From the NCBI RefSeq assembly GCF_009914755.1, contig NC_060947.1: 64,000 bases of DNA; one strand, written 5' to 3'. Under the pieces are notes generated by a model, which made no database searches, had not been told where the DNA came from, and was given only the letters and a program-made list of their open reading frames with translations. The position numbers were made by a program, and so were the translations under genes. Below are positions 22,680-36,222 of the stretch, in pieces. Positions within the stretch are counted from its first letter, which is position 1, and every line of letters starts with the position of its first letter. The DNA comes from the human T2T-CHM13v2.0 reference genome, Homo sapiens.

Positions 22680-23425
22680 AGAAACAAAAGACATCCAATT
22701 TGGAAAAGAAGAAATAGAATGACCTAGACCCATAGATGGCATGTTCTTATATATAGAAACTCCCAAAGAATCCACCAAACAAAGCCATCAGAGCTAATGA
22801 CAAAGTCAGCAAAGTTATAGGATACCAGGTCAATATGCAAGATCCATTTGCATTTCCACACATTATGAACAATTTGAATAGGAAATTAAGAAAACACTTC
22901 TATTTACGATAGCCTTAAAGAGAACAAAATACTCAGGAATAAATTTAGCCAGGGAGATGTACACTGAAAACCACAAAACACTATTGAAAGAAATAAAAGA
23001 CCTAAACAAATGGAAAGCCATACTGTGTCCATGGACTGGAAGATGTAATGTTGCTATAATATAAAATTGTTATTGTTTAGGGAGATGAAAATACTCCCCC
23101 AATTTACCTACTTATTCCATGCAATCCCTCTCAAAATCCCAACAGCCCTTTGCAGAAATGGAAAAGCAGACCCCAAATTCCTATGGGATTGCAAGGGACT
23201 CTGAAACCAAAACAATCTTGGAAACAAACAACAAAGTTGGAGGACTCGCACTTCCCAGTTTCAAAACTTACTATGAGGCTATGGCAGTCAAGACAGTGTG
23301 GTACTGCCACAAATCTAGGCATACAAATCAATGGCATAGAATTGAGAGTGCAGAAATAAACACCTCCATGTTTGATCATTGATTTTCAGTAAGGCTGGCA
23401 AGGCTACCCAGTGGGGCAAAGGGTT
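21640..23425 (+). mobile_element. Old L1 ORF2 (RT region) fragment
   Basis: Degenerate ORF2 translation, e.g. KVGGLALPSFKTYYEAMAVKTVWYCHK. Confidence 0.85.
22121..22243 (+). mobile_element. Alu monomer fragment (FRAM/AluJ right arm) inserted in L1
   Basis: caggaggctgaggcagg...gagcccaggagttt...ccagcctgggtgac + A tail; flanked by tagcaaa on both sides. Confidence 0.8.
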
Positions 23426-23966
23426 TAGGTGTGTGATGAGCAATAAGGTTTCAGAGCAAGCCACTGGGCAGGGCAATGACATTCAGTGGAAGCCTGTCTA
23501 CATTTGGTAGCCACTGTCTTGAGTAGGCACCCTCCTGAGGCTGCAGGGGAGGAATAGGTCTCCTCCTTGAACTGAAGTGAAGTCCACGCATCCTCCAGAT
23601 GGGACAGCCTCCCAGTCTCATTTTGGAGAAGCCCAACAGAGCTCAGCATCCTGTTGCTGAGAGCCCCGTGTCCTGCCACAGACGGCCCCCCAGCCTTGCC
23701 GCCCGCCAACATTCCTGGAAACTCCTTTCTGTACCTCCCTTGCATGCTGTCATGGAAACAGGACTTCCCCACCCCCACCCCCGGATACCGCATCCTCTGA
23801 GCCCTTTCCAGCAGGGCTATTCTTGTCCACCCTCCTTGGAGCACAGGGCCTGGAGGTGGCATAGGTGACCTCCTTGCTTCTCACAGTGGCTTCCACATCA
23901 TTCTCCCTCAATCCTCCCTGAAAAATACCCAGTCCCTTTGAAGTGCATGCTCTCAGACTACACTGC

Positions 23967-24086
23967 TAGGATTACCAGATTTAGCAAATAAAAACACTGG
24001 AAGCCCAGTTAAATTCAAACATCCCATTAAGGATGGCTATCTTGAGTAGAAGGGGTCCCATGCATTTCCAAATTTAACTGGGCATG
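23967..24086. mobile_element. MER53-like palindromic DNA transposon remnant
   Basis: ccagatttagcaaataaaaacactggaagcccagttaaatt ... aatttaactgggc (internal inverted repeat). Confidence 0.65.
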
Positions 24087-26059
24087 ACCACTGCCCCTCC
24101 TCACGCAGGCCAGGCTCCTCAGCCCAGAGCATGGATGGCTCTTGCCCGTCTCCTTACGGTTCTACTCACCTAGTTCAGCCTCCACTTTGCAGATGCAATG
24201 AAACATTCAGGACGTGCACCAGAGTTGAAAATGGGACCCACTTTTTGTCCAGTCCTGTGTTTTGAGCCATCTCTCGGGATGCTGTCTGTGAACTGGAGCC
24301 CAGTCAGTATAACTCAACCATTCCTTCTTTTTCAAACCATGTAAATCATAGAGACCTCCCTTCTCCCGGCCCTTGACCCCATCAACAGCAGAAAGCGATA
24401 CATCCAACTGGCTGTCCACCTCTTCCAGGAGAAGGTTCAGGCTAAGATCATTGTATGTTAGATACCCAGGCGTCATAGAAACCCAACACCCCCAGCCTGT
24501 TCTTCATCACCCAGACTCTTTTCTGCATAAAGCACCGCACGTGCTGCCCTTAATCTGGCTGAGATTCCCACTGCCCCTTGCTCATGCGTGTGCTGGGAAA
24601 TGCTAGAGCCTGCCAGCCACAAACGCCTCTATCGTCACCTTCCACTGCGCCCTTCACCTGCCTCCATGCCTTGACTGTGTCGTCCCCACTGCAGCTCTCT
24701 TGGGCCCACTAATGGCTAGAGCAGCCTAAGTGGCTTCTGAAGGGGAGGGGAATGCTGGGGGGTGGTGGGGGCTGGACGGTGAAGCTGCAGAGGTCAGAAG
24801 GGCCTGGGGGCAGAGAGGGAGAGAGACGGCGGGAAGGAGAAGCAAGTGCCACACTCCCCTGCCTGCAGGTGGGCCCCATGGTGACTTGGGCCCCCAGCAG
24901 GCCTAGTGACAAAAGGCCTTCCAGGGCTCTTGGATAAACCTGCTCAGGGGTCGGGGGTGCGGAGGGTCAAGGAGACCTCGGGGAGGTGGGGGAGGCCTGT
25001 TTCTCTCATTTGTTACCAAGGAGGGGCCCCTGGCTTGAACGAGCCCTTGCTCCAGGAGACACGCACGTGGTGAGTGGGGCTGGTGGGCCAGTGTCTTCAC
25101 AGACATCTCAGGGTGGAGTCAGCCCCTGTGCCAGCCACCAGGCACACAGAGAGGTAGGGGCCAATGCCCCCACTATCCAGGAGCCCACAGTCTCCCAGAG
25201 GAGACGCAAGGGAGGGCTCATCATCACCCTGAAGGTCTAAAGGCGCTGAAACAGACCGGACCCAATTAACTCTCAAATCTTCCCTCCAGGACAAAGGCCC
25301 CCACAGAGCAGAAACTTCTGGGAATAGAAGACAAGTAAAGCAAGACAGGCACAATAGGGGCAAAGAAAAGAGAAAGTCCGAATCACAATGGAGAGGGAGA
25401 ACAAACGGAGAACGTACAATGGAAGGTAAACAGACAGATGGTCACAGTTCTCACAGTCACCAGAAGAGAGTGCCCTTCATACGCGAAATCAGAAAACCTA
25501 GCCTCTCCCACCCTTCCACAAGTGCAGAAGGACTGATTTCATGGGAAAACCAGTTGACAAGAGGATCAAAGGCAAATTTCGTACAAAGTTACTAAAAGAA
25601 AGAAGAGAATAAGGAGCGGAATAACATCCCTCCAAGCCCAAGCCTGGGCCTGACGGAGGCGTCCCTTAGCCCAGCACGTCCTCAGCCTTGGGGATCATGA
25701 ACCCCTTTGAGAACCAGAAGGGGGAAGGGCCCTTCCCTGGAAACAGACATGTATGCACAAGACCCCTAGAAGGGTGCCTTCTCTGGCCGGGCAGTCACAG
25801 GCACCCTGGCCCCATCCATGGTCCCAGCTGGAGCCTGACTTCCGAAGGTGAGCTCTATGTTATTTCCATGATGATACTTTGTCATTGTAATAGGACCTGG
25901 GGAAGAATCAGAGCAAAACAATCAATCACTTTGTTTAGTAAAATAATTTTATTTTCTATTTCAAAGTTGGGGAGAGATTTGGTTATTTTTATTTTTATTT
26001 TAAAAAAGCAAGCAAATATTATGATGGCTCCTCACAAAATGAAACATAAAATTACCCAG

Positions 26060-26940
<881 letters not shown>

Positions 26941-28130
26941 AAGGAAAAGAAAAGCTGGCCAAGCATCTTAGTTTCGGCACACTGACACTCCATGTCACAG
27001 CCAGAACGAGGGACTTCCACCACCGGGATTCGAGAACCTGAAGACGCTGGCCACCAGAGAGAGTCACCAGGCGCCAATGTCTGTGGCCCGCGGCCCATCC
27101 CAGAGGCGAGGCTCTCGGTATCCAGGGCCAGCTCGACCTGTGGCCCGCAGCCAGCCTCCTGCAACCACAGGGAGGAACCAAGAGAGGCGGGAGGGCCTTC
27201 GGAAATAGGCACGTCACTGACCTGCTAGAAGTTACTTGAGCACATCCATTCCTTGGCAATCACGGAAAAGAAAGTATTTTCTTCTAGCGTACCCAGAATG
27301 CTCAGCTGAGCTATCTGACCTGACCTGGCCCGGCTCACGGCCCCAGCATGTGGATTTGGAACCTACAAGCACACTGGCTCTGTTGGCAGCCCCAACTCGC
27401 ACACCCAGTCTCGTCTCCCCGGCGGGGCTCACCGCTGCTGCGTGGGCCTGTGGGGACTCCTCTCTGCTCTCCCACTGGCTGCAGCGTTCATAAGTCCCCC
27501 TTCCCCCAACACGGTGCTCGGTGCTGAGTAAAAATATACACACGCACGTGGAGCCCAAAACCATATTTGTCCTAGGGATTGGCTCATGCTAGATGGGAAG
27601 AATAATCGGAGTGTGCACAAGCAGGAGCATTTGCTATTTCTTTTCCAGTCTACGATGAAGCAGGAACGTAAACTGAGTTACTCTAGTCGGCCACAACATG
27701 GAGTTCTGGTGTTTATCTAGCTGAAAGCCTGTGTAATGTGAGCACAGAGACACATTCATTCATTCAAGAAGCACTTTGGGAGCACCCACGCTACGCCAAT
27801 AAGACGGCTGGGAGCCGGGATTACAAAACACCCCCGGTCAAGGTGTGCCACAAAAGATGACAGCCCCCCAGAGGGGATCCCGAAAGCAGCAGCTGGAAGT
27901 CAGTGGGATGTGTGCTAAGATCCCAAACGGGGGAAGCCACGGGACTACAGGAGGCAACGGCAAGGGCGCCTGCCCCTACCGAGTGGGCAGGGAAGGCGTC
28001 CCATGGGAACCGTTTAAGCGAGAAAGGCACTACGAGTAGGAGTTACCCAGGCTGAGGACAGGGGTGCGCAGGCAATACCAGGCAGGGACAAGCACTTCCA
28101 GACAAAAAGGAGCAGAGTCATTGGAAGGCG

Positions 28131-28270
28131 GGGGATGGCAAACATTTTCTGGGCAGGGCCGGAGGGTCAATATTTTCAGCTTTGCCACCTCAACTCTGCG
28201 GTCGTGGCACGAAAGCCACCCCGCAGGCACAACACAGAGATGAAGGATCATGGCGACTTGATTCCTGGAC
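28131..28270 (+). mobile_element. MER58-like hAT DNA transposon remnant
   Basis: ggggatggcaaacattttct...aatattttcagctttg...ctcaactctgc. Confidence 0.5.
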
Positions 28271-28339
28271 AGTGGCATCTGCATTTCCCATCACTCTTGC
28301 CTGTCCTGAGATAATACCACTCTCCCTTTGGTCATTTAA

Positions 28340-28905
28340 CTACTCTCCCCGGGCTGGACACTTGGAACTTTCCCAGTCTTATGCTGTCACTAGCTATGCT
28401 GCACTGAAGAAGATCTTAAACATATTTCTTTCATCTATGAGAGGGTTCATCTGTCGGCTGGATATTCCTCCCACACAGTGGAGGGATCAAAGGTTCTGTG
28501 CATCTGAATTTTTAATGGATCTTGCCAAACTGCCCTCCATGGGAGTTGTGCCAATGTCTACTCCTGCCAACAACCAGTGGGGGCATCTATGTCCCATCAG
28601 GCTCACCAACACTGTGTGATCTGACATTTAGAATTTAGCCCATTGAATCAGTAAAAACAAACAAACCAACAAACCAAAAGGGATAATCTCAGTGTCTTTT
28701 GATGTGCATGTCTGGGGATGTGCATCTTTTCATAGGTTCAAGAGCCTCTTGTATTTCCTTTCTTGTTCACTGTCTGTTCACGTCCTTTACCCATTTTTCC
28801 CACTGGGTGCTTCATCCTTTTCTCTGTAAGAGTTCCTTGCGTATTGAGATAGGAGTTGGAGACAGTTTTCCCTAGTGTGTCATTTGTCCTTTGGCTTTGC
28901 TGATC
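28340..28905 (-). mobile_element. Old L1 (L1ME-like) antisense fragment
   Basis: ttgccaaactgccctcca...catcttttcataggttca...cctttacccattttt. Confidence 0.55.
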
Positions 28906-29331
28906 GTATTAGTCTGTTCTCACATTGCTATAAAGAAATGCCTGAGACGACTGGGTAATTTATAGAGAAAAGAGGTTTAATTGGCTCACGGTTCCGCAGG
29001 CTGTACAGGAAGCATGGTGTTGGCATCTACTCTGCTTCTGGGGAGGCCTCAGGAAGCTTGCAATCATGGCAGAAGGCAAAGGGGGAGCAGGCACGTCACC
29101 TGGCCAGAGCGGGAGCAAGAGAGAGAGTGTGAGGTGCCACACACTTTAAAACAGCCCGATCTCACAAGAACTCCTCACTATCACGAGGACAGCACCAGGG
29201 GGATGGTGTTAAACCATTCATGGAAAATCCACCCCCAGGATCCAATCACCTCCCACCAGGCCCCACCTCCAATACCGCAGATGATAATTCAATAGGAGAT
29301 TTGGGAGGGGACACAGATCCAAACTACATCA
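28906..29331 (-). mobile_element. MSTA-type MaLR solo LTR
   Basis: gtattagtctgttctcacattgctataaagaaatgcctgagac...ggctgtacaggaagcatgg...cacagatccaaactacatca. Confidence 0.88.
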
Positions 29332-29425
29332 CTGATGATGGATCGCTTTGCCACTCACAAGGTTTGGCTCGGCTTTGTACCTTTCTGTTACAGAAGAGAC
29401 TTTCTAAATCTCATGAAGGAACAGG

Positions 29426-30110
29426 TGTCAGCGGTGGCAGAGATCCTCGTTACCCCGAGTTACTGGTGGCGAATCTGTACGCGTCTGCAGTAACTGCAAT
29501 TCTCGCCTCCTCAGAAGAAAGCATTCAACTGAGGGGTATAGGGCAGAAAGGGGGACCGAGGTGAGTTCCAGAGCAGGAGTGTAAGTTTATTAAAAAAAGG
29601 TTTTAGAATAGGAAAGAACCCTTGGAAGAGATCCAAGTGGGCACCTGAAGGTCAAAGAGAAAGAGAAAAAAGGGCCTTTCCCCTTGACCCTGGGACTTTA
29701 TAGGCTCACATCTTTCCGATGATTCTTCCCTTAGGGTGGGCTTTCTGCACGCACCGTGTCCTCCTTACCCTTGAGAACTGCACCTGCCCAGTGTGTTGTG
29801 GGATTTGTACGCATGCCCACCTCAGGCTTTTTCCCTTTTTCCAGTGGCGTGTGTCCGCGAGATCATAAAATACTTCAGCATTTTTGTCTCTTAATGTGCG
29901 TGCCCAGGAAGTTGCTTCTCCCTTGGGGCCTGCCTTTAATCAACACTTTAATGTTAACAGGTACGGACCGTCAGGAACTGGCCTCTGTCTGGCGCCGGCA
30001 CTACTTTTAGAGAGGCGATGCGATAACTGCTGAACCGTCACCCGACATTTCCAGTGGGTAGGGGGAAGAGCCCTCACCTGCCCCACTCATGGCTAGCTAC
30101 CTGTATAACA
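29426..30110 (-). mobile_element. ERV1 solo LTR (MER50-like) with TG...CA ends and 4-bp TSD CAGG
   Basis: cagg|TGtcagcgg...ctacctgtataaCA|cagg; internal ctcctcagaagaaagcattcaactgagggg and tttatt (polyA signal on minus). Confidence 0.8.
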
Positions 30111-30114
30111 CAGG

Positions 30115-30855
30115 GACTTGATCCTAAAGGCAGTGGAGGGCTGACACGGAGGTGTTTTCAGCAAGGAAGTGACCCGGTCATGGGTCCATGTTATTTATGA
30201 AGCTCATTCTGGCTACAGGGTGGTGGAGGGACTGGAAAGGGACTGAAATGGCCCCAAAGAGACCAGCTGGTGGCCAGGACCAGGGTGTGGAAGTTGCGGC
30301 GGGCCAAGAAGCATTTCTGAGTGGAGCTATGTGATGGGGAGAGGGTGCCGTCCAGGAGTAGGCCAGGCTTTGGGCTTGTCCAGCTGGGTCACTGTGTGGA
30401 TGTCCATGATGAAGCCATGGAATGTAGAAAGAAGAGCACGGCTTCCTTTTCCTTCCTTCTTTTATTGGGGTGCAGGGGAGACAATGAGTTCTGCATCCTA
30501 CAGGGACCCTTTTCTTAAACCCCACAAGGAGCTGAGTGCCACACCTCTGTGCTCCAGGGCAATGGCCTGTGCAGTGCCTGTTTCCCTCAAGAGCCTCCCC
30601 CAGGGGCAGGGACGATGCTTTAGCCGTAATGTGGATCCCTAGTGCCTAGCACAGTGCCAGGCACTGAAAAAATACTAAAAGAATAATGCTTACACCAGAG
30701 GAAGAGAGCTCCCGAGCGGAAGATAAATCTAAGTCATTAACAACAGCTCAGAGGGCAGGATCCATGCTCTGGAGGTGGCACCATAGGCCCACAGGCGGGG
30801 CTGGGCCTGGAGAATGAATGAATGGATAAGTGAATGAATGAGGTGCCAGGCAGAG
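30115..30855. mobile_element. L2 fragments
   Basis: ccctagtgcctagcacagtgccaggcac; gaatgaatgaatggataagtgaatgaatgag (L2 3' end). Confidence 0.5.
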
Positions 30856-31614
30856 AGGAGGCCTTTCTCCACCCCCTGCCAGTGTCTCTCAGGCTTCCAT
30901 CCTTCCTTGGCCCTGCTCTTCTCAACAGGCCATGACCCACCCTCAGCTCCAAAGGCCACGTCCCACCCTCAGCTCCAAAGGCCACTTGCCCGTTCTGTGT
31001 TCAAACTTGAAGGTCAGTGGTCCACGGAAAGGAATGGTGGGCGGCGCATGGGTGGGGGGCAGGAGAAGAAGGGCCATAGAACCTCCCTTATTCCAACACC
31101 ACTTTCTGAGTGTCTAGTTTGTGGATGTTTCATGGGATAGTAAGTACCATATTACAGCAGTGACGTGTGTGATTTAGACATATCTAGGTGTGCACTTCTT
31201 TGGTGGGGAGGTGTCTGTTGGGTCCTCTAGGGATGCCAAAAGAGCCTTAGGAGTGCCAGTGTCTGCCAGCCCACAGCGGGAGATGGAAGCAAAGACGGCC
31301 CCTTGGAGGGGCCCCGTGGTGAGCAGAGATAAGAGGTGCAGGCAGACAGGAGGAGTTTGGCTGGGTTGGGGGGATGTTTTGTGGCGGCAGCATCATTGAT
31401 ATAGGATGAGCTGGGCAAGGAGGAGCTGGGCAAGGAGGAGCTGCCACCACACAGAAGCAGTTACAAATCCGTAAGCTCTGCCTCAAGCAGCAGTAGACTC
31501 AGCACCCGTTTCCTGAGCGAGCACAATGTGGCCAGCAGAGTTCAAGAAGGAGAGTGGCATGGCCCCTGCCCCAGGAGGCTTGCAGCAGGGGGTACCCCTC
31601 TAAATACATCTGCC

Positions 31615-32110
31615 TCTGTGTGCTTCCCTCGGCTGCCGTAAGAAAGCACCACAAACCAGTTGACCCAATCACTCCACAGAAACTGATTCTGTCCCAGTTC
31701 TGGAGGCCAGAAGTCTAAAACCAAGCTGTCTGCAGGGCCGTGCTCCCTGGGAAGGCTCCAGGGGATGATCCTTCCTCGTCTCTCCCAGCTTCCAGTGGCC
31801 CCAGGTGTCCCTTGGCCTGTGGCCTCCTGGCCCTAATCTCCACCTCCTTCTTCATGTGGCTTTCTCCCCTGGGTCTCCATGTCTGCGTTTCTCCTCTGTT
31901 TGGTTCCTATAAGGACATTTGTGATTGGATTTAAGGCCCACTCGGGTAATGTAGGATCATCTCCTCTCAAAATGCTCAACTTCATGATCTCTGCAAAGAC
32001 CCCTTTTCCAAATAAGGTCACATTTGCAAGATCAGAAGGTGAGGATGAGGCCATGTGTGTTTTTTTTTTTGGGGGGGGGGAGGTGCAGGTGGGGGGGGCA
32101 CAATTCAGCC
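31615..32110 (-). mobile_element. MLT1 (MLT1C-like) MaLR LTR
   Basis: cagttctggaggccagaagtctaaaaccaag...gtgattggatttaaggccc...tgcaaagacccctttccaaataaggtcacatt. Confidence 0.8.
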
Positions 32111-32608
32111 ATGACCCTGGCCCTGTCTCAGCTTGTGCATGGCCGTGCTTCTCAGGGGTTGCCCTCTGCCTTGGAGTCCAGCCCGAGAGGCGGCGGCAGG
32201 CTTTGCCACACTCGCTGCATCTGGAGGATTTCCCTCGGCTAGAAAGAATGTGATGGGGATGAAGAGCTGACTGCCTGGAAGTCTTCGCATGCTCAGTGCC
32301 CTTGTGGGCACCTCCTGGGTCTGAACTCTCTGATATCCCTGCCCTGCCTTACAGTTCTGGAGGTCAGAAGTCCAAAACGGGAAGTTCTAAGGGACGAATC
32401 CTTTTCCTTGCCACTGCAGGGCCAGTGAGCACAGAAGTCAGGGAGAGCAGAGAGGAGAGCTCCTGGCCCAGATTAGCAGAGCCTGGCCTTTGCCTAGGGG
32501 CCCCCCCAGAATCAAACAGGGAGCCATAAGGATGCCAGAAGTATCTCCTCACCTCATCTGCAGGACCCAGCCCTTGAGCAGGGTGCACAAGACTCAGCTC
32601 GTTACTGC

Positions 32609-33042
32609 CTGTGGTGGCACAGTAACAGCCCCCAAAGATGTTCGTGGCCTAACCCCTGGGAGCTGCACATATGTTACCTTACATGACAATAGCGATTGGG
32701 CAGATGTGAGATGGGTGGGGAGATTATCCTGGATTGGCCAGGTCTTTACACTTGAAGGACAAGGGTCCTTAAGTGAGGGAGAGGGAGGAAGAAGAGTCAG
32801 TGTCAGAATGATGCCGCCAGAGAAGGACTCAACCGGATGTTGCTGGCTTTGAAGACGGAAGGAGTCAAGAGCCAAGGAATTCAGGCAGCCTCAAGGTGAC
32901 AGGAAAGGCAAGGAAAAGGGTTCTTCCCCTAGAACTTCCTATTTTAGACTTCTGACCTCCAGAACTGTAAGACGATAGATCTGTGTTGCTTGAAGCAGCG
33001 GGTTTGTGATAATTTGTTACGGCAGCAACGGGGAACGAAAAC
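32609..33042 (+). mobile_element. MLT1D-like MaLR LTR
   Basis: tgtggtggc...cccccaaagatgt...tatgttaccttacatg...gacttctgacctccagaactgtaag...tttgtgataatttgttacggcagcaac. Confidence 0.82.
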
Positions 33043-33091
33043 ACCACCTGCCTGCAGGTGCACATCTGCAGCACACTGCGGGGGTGGGGGT

Positions 33092-33840
33092 TGCTTTCAC
33101 TGTGGTGAAATAGACATCACATTACATTTACTATTTTAACCACTCTAAAGTGTACAGCTCAGTGTCATTAAGTACATTTGCAATGTTGTGCAACCACCAT
33201 CTCTACCCAGTTCCAAAAAGAATTTCATCATCCTCACAAAGACTCCTCCTCCCATTAGCAGTCACGCCCCATTTACTCCTCCTCCCAGCCCCTGGAAACC
33301 ACAAATGCACTTTCTGTCTCTATGGATTTACCTCTCTGGGCGTTTCATAGAAATGGCTTCCTGTCATATGTGAACCTTTGTGACTGACTTCCTTGTCTTT
33401 TTTTTTTTAATTGTAGTGAACTACACATAACACAAGATTTACCATTTTCACCATGTCTAAGTGTAGACTTCAGTGGCACTAAGTCCATTCACATTGTTGT
33501 GCCACCATCACCACCATCCATCACCAGAGACCTTCATCCTTCCAAACTGAAATGATGTCCCCCCATTAAACACTAGCTCCCTTTCTGTCCCTCCCCGGAG
33601 ACCCTGGCACCCACCATTCTACTTTTTGTCTCCATGAATTTGACTGCTCTAGACCCTCGTATAAGTGGAATCATAGAGTATGTTCCCCTCTGTGACTGGC
33701 ATGTTTTGCTCAGCATAACGTCTTCAAAGTTCATCCATGTTATAGCATGTGTCATAATCTCCTTCCTTTCCAAAGCTGAATACTATTCCATTGTGTGGAT
33801 GTACCACAATTCGTTTATCCATTCATCTGTCAATGAACAA
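33092..33840 (-). mobile_element. Two adjacent L1MB-type 3' ends (33092-33390 and 33397-33840)
   Basis: Each shows ttaagtacatt...ttgtgcaaccacc...ctttctgtctctatg motifs of the antisense L1MB 3'UTR. Confidence 0.78.
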
Positions 33841-34573
33841 CCTCGTGTCGTTTTACAGCCCCAGTGCCTGCATGTTTGTAAATTTAATGCAAATTTATCA
33901 GTAGGTAAAGTGCTGCCCATTCTGTATTTGTACAATTGTCATTCTAGACTATAAATACATCACTGCACTTGTCCCACAAAGTAAATCTAGGTATTAACTG
34001 CCCCTCTAAGCCTTGTGACAACTACAGATTTCATGAGCTCGAGCAGCTTCATCAAACTTCACGCTTGAACAGAAGACCTAGATGCACAGGACTGCTCAAT
34101 GTAACGGAAACTTCAAGCTGCAGTTTGTTACATGTGGAACATTTTTTAGTTATTCCCAGGTAGGAACCTGGCTGTGACTATCAGAGACCAAAGGTGTTTA
34201 ATCTGGAATTGTAAGGAGATTTTGACAGTTGAAGACATATTCCAAGAAGAAATAATCACACACACACAGAGAGAGACAAAACTCTAGTGAATGTGTTAGC
34301 CGTGAGTGTCATTTCCTGCTTCCTCATATCTTAGAAGTTTTCATATACTGCTTTACTTTAAGTACCTGCCTGCATGTCACTTACCTACAAGGTAAGTATC
34401 ATTGCTCCTGTTTTACAAATCGAGAGAGAGAGAGAGAGAGACGTAGAAAGGTTAAGTGGCCCAGGGAACCAGCTACTGAGAGATTCTACCAGATTGCACT
34501 TTGCTTCTCACTGCCCCAAGCTTTCTCCAAATGGGGTCCCAGTTCAACTCTGTTTCTGAAGAGATGAAATCTC

Positions 34574-34925
<352 letters not shown>

Positions 34926-34999
34926 TTAGAGCCCCACCCACATGTTCCTGTGCAGTTAGGGCTCAGAACCATTCCCGGTGCACCAAAAACCCATGTTTC

Positions 35000-35900
35000 T
35001 CCTGTTGGTGGGAATGTAAATTAGTGTAGCCTTTATGGAAAGCAGTATGGGGCTCTCTTAAAAAGAAGAAAAAAAAAAACTACAAGTAGAACTACCATAT
35101 GATCCAGCATAGCAATCCCACTACTGGGTATATATCCAAAATAAGGAAATCAGTAGATCAAAGAAATATCTACACTTCCATATTTATTGCAGCACTATTC
35201 ACAATAGCCAAGATATGAGATCAACCTAAGTGTCCTACTGCTGGTCCTATGTATAGGACTCACATGAGTCCTACATATAGGTCTCAGCCTACCCACTGAG
35301 ACCTGACAAGGAAAATAGGCAAGAAAAAATATGAAAGCACAATTCATAGAAGAGTAATCTACCAATTAATGCTTCAAACAACATCCAGACTCACCAGTCA
35401 TCAAACACAAATTCAAATTAAAATGATATGTCACTGTTCACCTATCAAATTAGTGAAGGTTGTACAAAGGCAATAAGGAACGCTGGACAAGGCACATTCA
35501 GAAGGAACTCTCACTCAGACACTGCCCATCGAGTGTAATTTGGTAAAGGTTTTGTAGAAAGCAATCTGACCATATTGAATGAGACCCTCAAAATGCATTA
35601 ACGCCTTGAGCCAGTAAAGGAACATTTAGTATCTATCCTAAAACAAACCAGAGACTGAAAATAAGGGTTTAAATGTAAAAATGGTCACTGCAGCATCATT
35701 GAAAACAGTCAAAACAGACGAAAAGCCAAAATGATGAACAAAGAACTGATTGGTTATGTACGTCAGAGAACTACACTACAATGTGAAGAATTATTATTTA
35801 GATATGAAAAAGAATTTTTAAGGAATTTTAATTGTCATGAAAAAATGATTCAGTGGAAAAAAGCAAAACTGAATACACAGTATGGTCCTAAGTATGTTTA
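35000..35900 (+). mobile_element. L1 fragments (younger piece 35000-35235, older L1M piece 35310-35900)
   Basis: tgttggtgggaatgtaaattagt...gcaatcccactactgggtatatatcc...cacaatagccaagatatg. Confidence 0.65.
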
Positions 35901-36176
35901 AAGATACACGCTCGCCCCTGCTTAAAAAAAAAAAAAAAAAAATGACTGAAAGGAAAGAATACACTAATGACATTAGAGTTAGGTTTCAAGACAATAAATA
36001 ACATTTGGTTTTCCATGATAAGCACAAGTGGCTTACATAACCAGCAAACAATAAAGGGGGAAAACTGAGGCTTAGAGGGGTGAAAAAATGTACCCAAAGA
36101 TCATATGGCTAGGAAGTACCAGAGATGAGCCTCTCTACCAAGCCTAGCTCTGCCCTCAGCATTGTTTACTCACTGT

Positions 36177-36222
36177 CTCTCTTCCTTTCTCTCTCCCTTC
36201 TCTCTCTCTCTCTCTCTCTCTC
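36177..36222. repeat. (CT)n-rich microsatellite
   Basis: Direct inspection. Confidence 0.85.

Noticed and set aside
30936-31445. Short tandem duplications (26-bp unit at 30936-30985; 15-bp unit near 31408-31445)
   Set aside because: Ordinary slippage duplications with no functional context
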